A DNA stretch of 10,141 nt from NCBI GenBank assembly GCA_036339875.1, contig JAYZAC010000101.1:1-10141 (forward strand). The letters are read 5' to 3'. The notes beneath the pieces were generated by a model. That model saw nothing but the letters and a program-made list of their open reading frames with translations, had not been told where the DNA came from and made no database searches. The first letter of the stretch is position 1, and the number at the start of each line of letters is the position of its first letter. Source of the DNA: a bacterium (GTDB lineage Bacteria; Muiribacteriota; UBA6191). The translations under genes and the position numbers were made by a program. Shown here one piece after another: positions 1 to 7,291 of this stretch.

Positions 1-312
1 CCTGACTAGGAAGTATGAGAGCTTCATAAGATAAGTTTCATTAGCATTAGCTGCGCTCATACGATAATGCAGTTCACGCAGTCTGTTAAGTCCATCCTTT
101 AATTTATGGCTACCTGAGTCTTTATTTGCTCCAATAACAGAACTCAGCATTTCGTTTATTTCGGCTATTGCTATATGATCAGGAATCTTCCCGTCTTTTA
201 GAAAGCGAGATGGCCATTGCTCTGATCTTTCTTGACCATCAAAGCCAATCTCAGCATGAAAACTGATGACTAAGAGTAATTGTAAAAAAACTATATATGT
301 GAACCGTATCAT
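1..312 (-). CDS. Exported hypothetical protein, partial (3' end runs off the window start); not in the supplied ORF track
   Basis: ATG at 312, preceded by AAGGAG (320-325) at 7-nt spacing. The frame is open for 104 codons to the window edge: MIRFTYIVFLQLLLVISFHA|EIGFDGQERSEQWPSRFLKDGKIPDHIAIAEINEMLSSVIGANKDSGSHKLKDGLNRLRELHYRMSAANANETYLMKLSYFLVR. The N-terminus looks like a Sec signal peptide. Confidence 0.85.
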   Translation of the reverse strand, partial: MIRFTYIVFLQLLLVISFHAEIGFDGQERSEQWPSRFLKDGKIPDHIAIAEINEMLSSVIGANKDSGSHKLKDGLNRLRELHYRMSAANANETYLMKLSYFLVR

Positions 313-319
313 AAATTAT

Positions 320-325
320 CTCCTT
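320..325 (-). promoter_or_regulatory. Shine-Dalgarno site of the 1-312 gene
   Basis: AAGGAG on the minus strand, 7 nt upstream of the ATG at 312. Confidence 0.75.
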
Positions 326-501
326 GAATTCTCACTTAAATTCTGGGTAAAAAACACATCAGTGAGACAGGATAAATATTGAAGTTTCATAAGTTCGTGA
401 TGTAGTCGAAATGGAAAAAAGAATACATCGGTATTTTCTAAATTTAAGAATTTAATCGCATTTGTACAGACTTAGAAACAGACAGGATCATTTATTTCTT
501 T

Positions 502-522
502 AAATTTTCGAACAAATTTTCG
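502..522. repeat. 9-bp direct repeat AAATTTTCG-aac-AAATTTTCG in the divergent promoter region
   Basis: Exact copies at 502-510 and 514-522 (12-bp period), ending 37 bp upstream of the ATG at 560. The repeat is seen directly; its function is unknown. Confidence 0.45.
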
Positions 523-559
523 TGTGAGACGTAATATTTATATCAAGAGGATTTCAAAT

Positions 560-3499
560 ATGCTGTATCACTACAAAAGCTTTAGCGACTTAAAAAAAAT
601 TTGTACTGTAATTACATTTATAATTACCACTTTTGTAATAAGCCCTCTATCTGTAGCAAATGATTTTTATTCCGATCTAAGTAGCGAAGGTAAAGAAACA
701 ATAGAATATGAATCTAGCAAAGAAACAGAAGAAGTATTTGATGAACTGGAAACAACAAATGATCGTCCAGAATATGTAGGAGGTGCTTATGACTCGAGGC
801 TTGATTATCTTTCGTACCCCTCTGAAGAACTAGAAGAATTAACAAGTACGTCTCTTGATGAAAAGGATTACCAAGCACCCTCTGGTTTGGACATTCAATC
901 GTCACAAACTTGGAATAAACTGATTCAGGAATTACCACAGCTTCTCAATCAAATATCTAAAATTCCAAATATTACAGAGAAAGAACCAAAACAGTTAATG
1001 GGTATTGATCTTGAAGGTATTCATCCTCAGAATCCGAGGTTAAGTATTTTGGAACAAGCTTCGTCTATCGCCTCATATGAGTTAATCTCCTCTTTCAAAA
1101 CCCTTCATGAAGATCTTTCTGAAAATTCGTCTCCACTCGAATCTATCGAAGAATTTCGTACATTGATTGCTGATACGAAAGAGATTATAGGAATCCACCT
1201 ACAGAATGTTGTAGATATGGGATCAGAGAATGTGAAAAATCAAAATACCGATTTTAACACCACGATAAACAATGTTTTTTTCTCATCAAGCTCAAAAGAA
1301 TTAATTACCCTTGATACCGAAACTGAAGATTTATTAAACAAGCAGGTCGATGTATTTAATAATAATCCTAAAATTCTGATTAATCTCAAAACGTTTAATT
1401 CCATTGAATCACCGGGAGCTAATGCATCGATAAAGCAAATTAATCGTTATCGTAAAAAGCTAAATGACAGTGGTGCCCTTAAGGCTTTTAAGTCGGGTTC
1501 TCGGTATCAGAAGCTAAGATCTAGAAAATACTATACCAGAGGAACTATAAAAAATTCTTCTGGAAAAACTATCGGACTGGTAGTGGCTACGAGCAAAAAA
1601 ACATCGCAAGGCTATATAGTTCCGGTTGCTACAAAAGATAAGCGTAGTTTTAAGTTAGTTACATCAGTGGCTAAAATGAAACCATCTGCCCAAAAAGTGA
1701 CAAGTTTCAGTGCATTTCAAGCGCTTTTAGAGCCTGTAAAATTATTAACCATAAATCGTCAGGAGCCTATTACAAATTTCGAGGATCAATACAAAGAGTT
1801 CAATAAGGAGGAATCAAAGCTTCTTCGCGATGCAAGCCTCAGTTTTCATCAAAACTCCATTAACAACCAAGCATTACTTCTTGGTCAAAAGTTTGAACAT
1901 TTACGTACCCTATACATGGAGCTTGATCAAATTCAAAACTTTCTACTCAAAGTGGCAACTCAATATCAAATGCAATACAAGGCAGATTCTAACAAAGATA
2001 GTAAAGATGGTAGTGATGACGGAAAAGCTAATCAGTTATTTTACATAGGAAGCTCTCAAAATCTGCTCGCTGCAGTTGTTAGTCTTATTTGTCAAAAATA
2101 TCAATTTGACTCCTCTGGTCGCTTAGTCGATGGACAAACAATCAAAGATGAATACAACTTAAATAATGTCGTAGTTACAGAGTATGCAGTAGTCCGTCAA
2201 AGTCGACTAGGAAATTTCTATTCTGTGGGTACTAATAATGCTGATGAGGTGATGGCGTATGATCATATACACCGAGGTCAATACTCCATGAATTTATTCG
2301 TCTACACAGGGCCTGGAGAGGCTAAAGTAGGTATACAGTTTACAGGCTTAAATTACTCCAGAAATAATTCCAACACATATAAGGCTTTCGTATTAAATCC
2401 GCAGCATCCTAATTTCAAAGACTTAAAATCAGAGTTATCCAAAATGACTCCAAATCAAGAGTCTATTGGAGAGAGCGTTTATTTCAAACTTACTCTAGAG
2501 AATACTCAGACTTATAAAAATCATCCTGATATCGTTTTGGCATCTAAAGAGATTAAATCGTCACCCACCAAAGATGACTTTGTAATTAATTTTTCTGGGA
2601 AGGTCAATGAGGGTCAATTATATGCTGTTTACCAGGAAGCAAGTGGTTTGAGAGGTCAGAATCGTAACCAATGGGTAGACTATGATGAGGTTTTAACACA
2701 TGTTTTCGCTTGGAATTCACGTTCATTTGAACCAGTTGATAAAGACAGTTTTAGAATCATTATTGATGGTTCAGGAACAATGAAGTCGCTATTCAAACCC
2801 GTTGTTTTAGCTTTACGTTCCGAGTTTCAGAAGCTTGGCATGCAAGATTTTTTGAATAACAATTCAAATCTAAAGCCGCTTTATTATTTCGGTGAAGGCA
2901 AGGCTCTTAAATCGCCTTATCATTTAAGTAGCCTCAAAGGTCAGGTACAGGCGGGGGGTCATAGCCCCATTAACCTTGCTGTTAAACAACTGGTTTGCCC
3001 AGGAAATACATCAACCTGTTCGAAGAATAATATACCTGACAAGCCGTGGACCTTACTCATTATTAGTGACTTCGATAGTAAGGATCCACATTTTGAAGAA
3101 CGAACCTGGGCAACCTCTCTGCTTTATGAAAAAAATCGAAAAGTGTCAAATCAAAGAGTGCCTATCCGCTCAATGATGATTAAAGATGATCAAGACAATT
3201 TTAGAGTTCGCTCTTCAGCCGGTGGTAAAGATTGGAAAAGTCTGCAAGCCATACATTTGATTGGAGTGGGACCATTCTTAGGAACCATAAAAAATGGCTC
3301 TTCTACCCGTAATCTGACAGCGAAGGATTGGCTTAAAAATAATAGTAGTTTGCAAGACGGAAGCTTCGGGGTTAAATTTTCTGAAATATCTAAGAATGAT
3401 ACTAAGGCACTTGCTAAGGCTATAGAGAATTATCTCAAACCAATTTCAGATTCAATCAAAATGTATGATAGTCAAAAACAAGAACTGGCTGACTGGTAG
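560..3499 (+). CDS. Large exported protein (~979 aa) with C-terminal von Willebrand factor A-like domain
   Basis: Long ORF. ATG at 560 with AAGAGGA (545-551) upstream is preferred over GTG 524. Signal peptide-like segment KKICTVITFIITTFVISPLSVA|ND. C-terminal vWA hallmarks appear in the right order: FRIIIDGSGTM (MIDAS DxSx[S/T], nt 2765-2779), AGGHSPINLAV (GGTP-like loop), LLIISDFD, and IHLIGVG strand followed by a final helix. Confidence 0.8.
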   Translation: MLYHYKSFSDLKKICTVITFIITTFVISPLSVANDFYSDLSSEGKETIEYESSKETEEVFDELETTNDRPEYVGGAYDSRLDYLSYPSEELEELTSTSLDEKDYQAPSGLDIQSSQTWNKLIQELPQLLNQISKIPNITEKEPKQLMGIDLEGIHPQNPRLSILEQASSIASYELISSFKTLHEDLSENSSPLESIEEFRTLIADTKEIIGIHLQNVVDMGSENVKNQNTDFNTTINNVFFSSSSKELITLDTETEDLLNKQVDVFNNNPKILINLKTFNSIESPGANASIKQINRYRKKLNDSGALKAFKSGSRYQKLRSRKYYTRGTIKNSSGKTIGLVVATSKKTSQGYIVPVATKDKRSFKLVTSVAKMKPSAQKVTSFSAFQALLEPVKLLTINRQEPITNFEDQYKEFNKEESKLLRDASLSFHQNSINNQALLLGQKFEHLRTLYMELDQIQNFLLKVATQYQMQYKADSNKDSKDGSDDGKANQLFYIGSSQNLLAAVVSLICQKYQFDSSGRLVDGQTIKDEYNLNNVVVTEYAVVRQSRLGNFYSVGTNNADEVMAYDHIHRGQYSMNLFVYTGPGEAKVGIQFTGLNYSRNNSNTYKAFVLNPQHPNFKDLKSELSKMTPNQESIGESVYFKLTLENTQTYKNHPDIVLASKEIKSSPTKDDFVINFSGKVNEGQLYAVYQEASGLRGQNRNQWVDYDEVLTHVFAWNSRSFEPVDKDSFRIIIDGSGTMKSLFKPVVLALRSEFQKLGMQDFLNNNSNLKPLYYFGEGKALKSPYHLSSLKGQVQAGGHSPINLAVKQLVCPGNTSTCSKNNIPDKPWTLLIISDFDSKDPHFEERTWATSLLYEKNRKVSNQRVPIRSMMIKDDQDNFRVRSSAGGKDWKSLQAIHLIGVGPFLGTIKNGSSTRNLTAKDWLKNNSSLQDGSFGVKFSEISKNDTKALAKAIENYLKPISDSIKMYDSQKQELADW

Positions 3500-3510
3500 A
3501 ATAATACCAT

Positions 3511-4077
3511 TTAACCTTTTGGTATCAATTTTAGCTTAACAACAGCACTTTTAGATTGCCCAGGTTTGTAATTAACTGAAATTCCCAAATTACCCTTTGC
3601 ACCCTTACACAAAGTATTTATGAATAATTCGGCTTTATTTTTCTCGGCCTTAGCAACACAAAACTCTGAATGACTTAGCATGGAATTTAGATTATTGATT
3701 TGTTCTATCACTCTGGTCTTACTAACCAAAACCAGTTTAGAAAAAGTTATTTCACAGTATTTAATTGAATTATCTTCCAGATAGCACTTAAATTTGTGAT
3801 TATCCACGTTGGAATTAAAGAAGTGTAATTTTGGTTCTATACCATCATTTCGAGCAAGAAACCCCTTAGTGTAATATTTAAGACCTAGAAGCTTCCATAC
3901 CATTTGAGGATTGCTGTTCGAACCGTTATTCATTAGTAATTGAGCACGAGAATATAATTGATCAATTTTGAAATTCTCTTCTATGTAGGAAAGTACGTTA
4001 TTCACTGAAAAGTCATTTGAATCGGGTGATGCATGGATCGTTAATATAAAGCAAAAACTGACAAGGATATGCTTCAT
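3511..4077 (-). CDS. Exported hypothetical protein (188 aa)
   Basis: ATG lies 1 bp after the sdaA stop, suggesting coupling. Signal peptide-like MKHILVSFCFILTIHA|SP. Four Cys in the mature part form two nearby pairs. No family recognised. Confidence 0.75.
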   Translation of the reverse strand: MKHILVSFCFILTIHASPDSNDFSVNNVLSYIEENFKIDQLYSRAQLLMNNGSNSNPQMVWKLLGLKYYTKGFLARNDGIEPKLHFFNSNVDNHKFKCYLEDNSIKYCEITFSKLVLVSKTRVIEQINNLNSMLSHSEFCVAKAEKNKAELFINTLCKGAKGNLGISVNYKPGQSKSAVVKLKLIPKG

Positions 4078-4078
4078 T

Positions 4079-5443
4079 TCAACAGTGTGTGGTTGCTAAT
4101 CCACCGAGAGATGTCTCTTTGTATTCTTCCGGCATATCGCAACCGGTTACCATCATAGTATCCACACACTGATCAAATGAAATCAAGTGGCGCCCTTCGC
4201 CTAATAAAGCAAGATTCGCAGAATTGATTGCTGTACCAGATGCTATTGCATTACGCTCTATACAAGGTACTTGAACTAAACCCATAACAGGGTCACAGGT
4301 TAAACCTAAATGATGTTCTAGTGCTGCTTCAGCAGCTTCCTCAATTTGTGAATTGGTTCCACCATTTATCATCGCACAGGCACCTGCCGCCATAGCGCAA
4401 GCCACACCAACCTCTCCCTGACATCCCACTTCTGCACCTGAAATACTTGCTCTATCAACCACAATATTACCTATAAGTCCTGCAATTACAAGCCCTTGTA
4501 GTATTTTTTCTTGAGGCACTTTCAGATCTTTATAAAGCATATTTAGGACCCCAGGAACTACTCCACACGCTCCACAGGTTGGGGTCGTTACAATTCTTCC
4601 ACCTGAAGCATTTTCTTCGCTAACAGCAAGTGCGTAGATTCCTGCTCTACCCATCGCTGGCAATGCTTTTTGAAGTGGGTTATCAAATGATTTAAATCGC
4701 TTTAATGATTTCTTTGCTCTTCGATGAATACCAAGTTTTCCAGGTAATATTCCCTCTGCCAGTAAGCCTCTATCAATAGCTGTGAGCATGATTTTCCACA
4801 AATCTAAAAGTCGCTGATACACTTCTTCAGTACTTAATCCGCTAATACTTCTCTCTTTGTTTAACGTCCACTCAAGCAGGCTTATTTTTTGAAGCCTACA
4901 TTCGTCGAGTATTTGTACGAAAGACATTCGTTTCCTATCTTTATCTCTATACTTACTTGTTACCTTAGTAGGATCGCAAATAGCACCTCCTCCAATAGAG
5001 CAGAATTCCCTCTTCTTAATTACTGTGCCATTACGATTTAAAGCTTCAAATACAGCCGTGTTTGGATGTTGTAGATTTTTCAAGTTTTTAACAAAATGTA
5101 TAAAATCCCGATTATCAAGATTCAACCAAGTCTTATGGATTCGCATACCCTTATCCATAATAAGTTTAGCAGTAGCTTGTTGAATATCTTCAATTGGCGT
5201 TTGAATTGCATCATAACCCATCAGACCTGCAATTATGGCGTTAGGTGTCAAATGACCCTCGCCCGTCATTGCTAAAGAGCCGTGTAGAGTTACTCTTAAA
5301 GAATCAAACTTAAAATTAGATAATTCTTGTCGGAAAACTTTCGCCATATTCAGAGGACCCAAGGTATGAGAAGATGAGGGTCCGATACCTACCTTAAGCA
5401 AATCAAATAAGCTTTGATTCATAAAGGGGCCATTATTTGGCAT
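4079..5443 (-). CDS. sdaA: L-serine ammonia-lyase (L-serine dehydratase), iron-sulfur-dependent, single-chain form
   Basis: Signature motifs GIGPSSSHTLGP, LHGSLAMTGEGH, SIGGG, AVSEENASGGRIVTTPTCGACGVVPGV, SISGAEVGCQGEVG, LEHHLGLTCDPVMGLVQVPCIERNA and YKETSLGGLA. The three [4Fe-4S] Cys are present. The start at 5443 has TAAGGT upstream; an alternative ATG lies at 5422. Confidence 0.96.
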   Translation of the reverse strand: MPNNGPFMNQSLFDLLKVGIGPSSSHTLGPLNMAKVFRQELSNFKFDSLRVTLHGSLAMTGEGHLTPNAIIAGLMGYDAIQTPIEDIQQATAKLIMDKGMRIHKTWLNLDNRDFIHFVKNLKNLQHPNTAVFEALNRNGTVIKKREFCSIGGGAICDPTKVTSKYRDKDRKRMSFVQILDECRLQKISLLEWTLNKERSISGLSTEEVYQRLLDLWKIMLTAIDRGLLAEGILPGKLGIHRRAKKSLKRFKSFDNPLQKALPAMGRAGIYALAVSEENASGGRIVTTPTCGACGVVPGVLNMLYKDLKVPQEKILQGLVIAGLIGNIVVDRASISGAEVGCQGEVGVACAMAAGACAMINGGTNSQIEEAAEAALEHHLGLTCDPVMGLVQVPCIERNAIASGTAINSANLALLGEGRHLISFDQCVDTMMVTGCDMPEEYKETSLGGLATTHC

Positions 5444-5452
5444 TAGTATACC

Positions 5453-5935
5453 TTAATCATTTGATTCAACTTGAAGTTCTTCAAGCTCCTTTTTGAGCTT
5501 ACCAAATTCAGTGTTTTTAACTCGAAAAGTATTTGCTAACCCAATAATCACTCTCAATAACAGTTTGGTTAACTCGGCAGGGCCAGAATTTTGCAATCTT
5601 CTATATTCGAGAGTGTTGATCCAGATACCAGTAACATTATTCATTGCTTTGTAAGTATATGGCCTATCCTGAACATCACCAAAAAGAGTCGTTTCACCGA
5701 AAAAATCTCCATCATACAAGTCATCTATAATTTCAATCTCATCTTCAATTTCAGAGTACAATAAACGTATATGACCCTCTAAGATAAAGAACAAACCAGC
5801 TCCCGGTTGGTCCTGCTTAAATATTTCAGTTCCTTTATCAAATCTCTTTAATTTCGCAAACTGCATCAACTTGGTTAATCCTAGATCATCGAAATCTTGA
5901 AATAACTCATATTTTTGAAGATCGTCTACTAGCAT
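5453..5935 (-). CDS. Stand-alone cyclic nucleotide-binding domain protein (Crp-like sensor domain without HTH), copy B
   Basis: cNMP-domain pattern IFKQDQPGAGLFFILEGHI...GDFFGETTLF...R, followed by a C-helix/coiled coil. Ends at 160 aa with no HTH. AGGA lies upstream of the ATG. Confidence 0.9.
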   Translation of the reverse strand: MLVDDLQKYELFQDFDDLGLTKLMQFAKLKRFDKGTEIFKQDQPGAGLFFILEGHIRLLYSEIEDEIEIIDDLYDGDFFGETTLFGDVQDRPYTYKAMNNVTGIWINTLEYRRLQNSGPAELTKLLLRVIIGLANTFRVKNTEFGKLKKELEELQVESND

Positions 5936-5953
5936 TTTTTCTATTTCCTAGTA

Positions 5954-6433
5954 TTAAGCTACCTTATTCTTCAACTCGGAAACCTTGTTAGAAAGGTCTT
6001 TATGTCCTTCCTTTATCGTACTATATCTCTTAGCAAGTCCAACCACTAGCCGTAAAAGAATCTTACTTAAAATTTTTGGTCCTGAAGTTTGGAGCCGACG
6101 AAAATCTAAAGTAGAGATCATTACGGCTGTCACAGATTCATAGGCTAGAGCAGAAGCTGTTCGGGTCTGATTCCCATCACCAAATAAAGACATTTCCCCC
6201 ATAAATTCGCCCGATTTTAATATTGCTAAGGAAACTCTCTTACCATCTGGTTCTATGTAAATTTCGATCTTCCCTCTCAAAATTAAAAATAGACCCGAAC
6301 CGGGGTCACCTTGCTCAAAGATTACTTCTTTCGCCTTGTATTGTTTTACTTGTGCAAACTGGAGAAATTTCTTCACCTCAATTTCTTCAAGATCAGCAAA
6401 AATATCAAATTTTTTAATATCATCTGCGAGCAT
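5954..6433 (-). CDS. Stand-alone cyclic nucleotide-binding domain protein (Crp-like sensor domain without HTH), copy A
   Basis: IFEQGDPGSGLFLILRGKIEI...GEFMGEMSLF...RTASALA is a canonical phosphate-binding cassette. Start placed at ATG 6433 because of the TAATG overlap with the upstream stop and because MLADD aligns with MLVDD of the paralogue. 159 aa, no HTH. Confidence 0.92.
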   Translation of the reverse strand: MLADDIKKFDIFADLEEIEVKKFLQFAQVKQYKAKEVIFEQGDPGSGLFLILRGKIEIYIEPDGKRVSLAILKSGEFMGEMSLFGDGNQTRTASALAYESVTAVMISTLDFRRLQTSGPKILSKILLRLVVGLAKRYSTIKEGHKDLSNKVSELKNKVA

Positions 6434-7173
6434 TACCAAGTCTCCGTCAAAGGATTAAATTTTCTCACATTACTTAAATCAGAATCACCCAGTTCGACCA
6501 TTTGACTCGCTGAAAGCTTTCGAACCTCATCAAAACGTTCCACATTTGCTAATCCTTGGGAGACCTTTATTTTCACTCGATCATCTTTAATAGTAACCTT
6601 GAATAATGCTCTAGCTGCATAAATATTTATGGACTCTGTGCGAACCTCAATCAAACCACCTGATTTACGAGAATCAAAAACAATTGCACCCTCATCTAAA
6701 GTTAAGGTTATTTTAGACTTCTGATTATCCGGAAAAATCTCGATATTTTCTAACGTCATATCAGTCGATTCACGCATTTTCAAGATTACACCATCAAAAG
6801 TTGACATTTCTAAGAAACTGTCGTTTTTGGTCTGAAATTGACCACGGTTATACAATTTTTGGTTCAGAGAAATCGATGCATATTCAGAACCTAAGAATTC
6901 ACGAAAATTAACATCACCGCCTATCAATCGACTCTCTAGATACATGTTAGCTTGCATTTCTCTACCAAGCTCGTCCTCAGTAAATAAATAATAGGCAGAA
7001 ACTCCCATAACGGAGAAAAATAAAGTAACAAAAGTCACGGTGAGTGCAATATTCCAGCGCCCCCGATATGAGTCAGATAGTTCTTCTTCAGCGCTAATAC
7101 GTTTACGCATCCGACGTCTCTTCTGACGTTCTTTATAATCAACAAATTCTACATCCTGCCATTTCTTGGCCAA
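6433..7173 (-). CDS. FecR-domain single-pass membrane protein
   Basis: Short basic N-terminus and one TM helix (WNIALTVTFVTLFFSVMGVSAYYLF). FecR-like pattern follows: QTKNDSFLEMSTFDGVILKMRESTDMTL...LTLDEGAIVFDSRK..IEVRT..IYAARALFKV..VKIKVSQGLANV..LSASQMV. TTG start at 7173 is chosen for the AGGGA (7179-7183) upstream; TTG 7191 is the alternative. Confidence 0.8.
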   Translation of the reverse strand: MAKKWQDVEFVDYKERQKRRRMRKRISAEEELSDSYRGRWNIALTVTFVTLFFSVMGVSAYYLFTEDELGREMQANMYLESRLIGGDVNFREFLGSEYASISLNQKLYNRGQFQTKNDSFLEMSTFDGVILKMRESTDMTLENIEIFPDNQKSKITLTLDEGAIVFDSRKSGGLIEVRTESINIYAARALFKVTIKDDRVKIKVSQGLANVERFDEVRKLSASQMVELGDSDLSNVRKFNPLTETW

Positions 7174-7205
7174 GAGAATCCCTTCCGACAAGCATGAATA
7201 GTAAC

Positions 7206-7214
7206 ATTATATCA
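7206..7214 (-). promoter_or_regulatory. Sigma70 extended -10 element (TGATATAAT) for the fecR-like/cNMP/cNMP/sdaA unit
   Basis: Perfect TGnTATAAT on the minus strand. The predicted +1 is an A at 7199 preceded by T (pyrimidine-purine step). The -35 hexamer at 17-bp spacing (ATGCTT) is poor. Confidence 0.65.
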
Positions 7215-7252
7215 AGTTATACCTTTACAAGCATCGGTAAATTCAGATCTTG

Positions 7253-7268
7253 TGTGCACAGAGTTACA
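7253..7268. promoter_or_regulatory. Putative CRP/FNR-family binding site (TGTGC-acagag-TTACA)
   Basis: 8/10 match to TGTGA-N6-TCACA. Its centre at 7260.5 is -61.5 relative to the predicted +1 at 7199. Confidence 0.5.
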
Positions 7269-7291
7269 CTAAAAATATTTGGTTTAAATTG

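Noticed and set aside
396..538. CRP-like half-sites CGTGA (396-400) and TGTGA (523-527) in the divergent region
   Set aside because: Neither has a matching second half-site at 6-bp spacing.
714..3176. Short ORFs 714-938 (-), 1830-2048 (+) and 2976-3176 (+)
   Set aside because: They lie entirely within the 979-aa gene, are 66-74 aa long and have no recognisable motifs, as expected for shadow ORFs.
560..3499. Calling the vWA protein PilY1
   Set aside because: PilY1 has an N-terminal vWA and a C-terminal beta-propeller. Here the vWA is C-terminal, and the gene is on the opposite strand, 3.8 kb from the pilins.
3500..3510. Bidirectional terminator between the convergent genes
   Set aside because: The gap is only 11 bp, and no GC-rich hairpin with a U-tract is visible.
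4030..4077. Lipoprotein signal in the 188-aa protein (VSFC)
   Set aside because: The Cys is at position 9 and the sequence does not fit the lipobox [LVI][ASTVI][GAS]C. SPase I cleavage after IHA fits better.
5453..6433. Calling the cNMP proteins Crp/Fnr transcription factors
   Set aside because: At about 160 aa they end after the C-helix and have no C-terminal HTH.
426..7239. 8-mer CATCGGTA shared by both intergenic regions (426-433 and 7232-7239); considered as a sigma28-like -10
   Set aside because: A single 8-bp match is compatible with chance, and no TAAA -35 lies at the correct spacing.
7249..7263. TGTGCACA palindrome as a terminator of the pilin genes
   Set aside because: It has no loop or U-tract and a weak stem. 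It is better explained as part of the CRP-like site.
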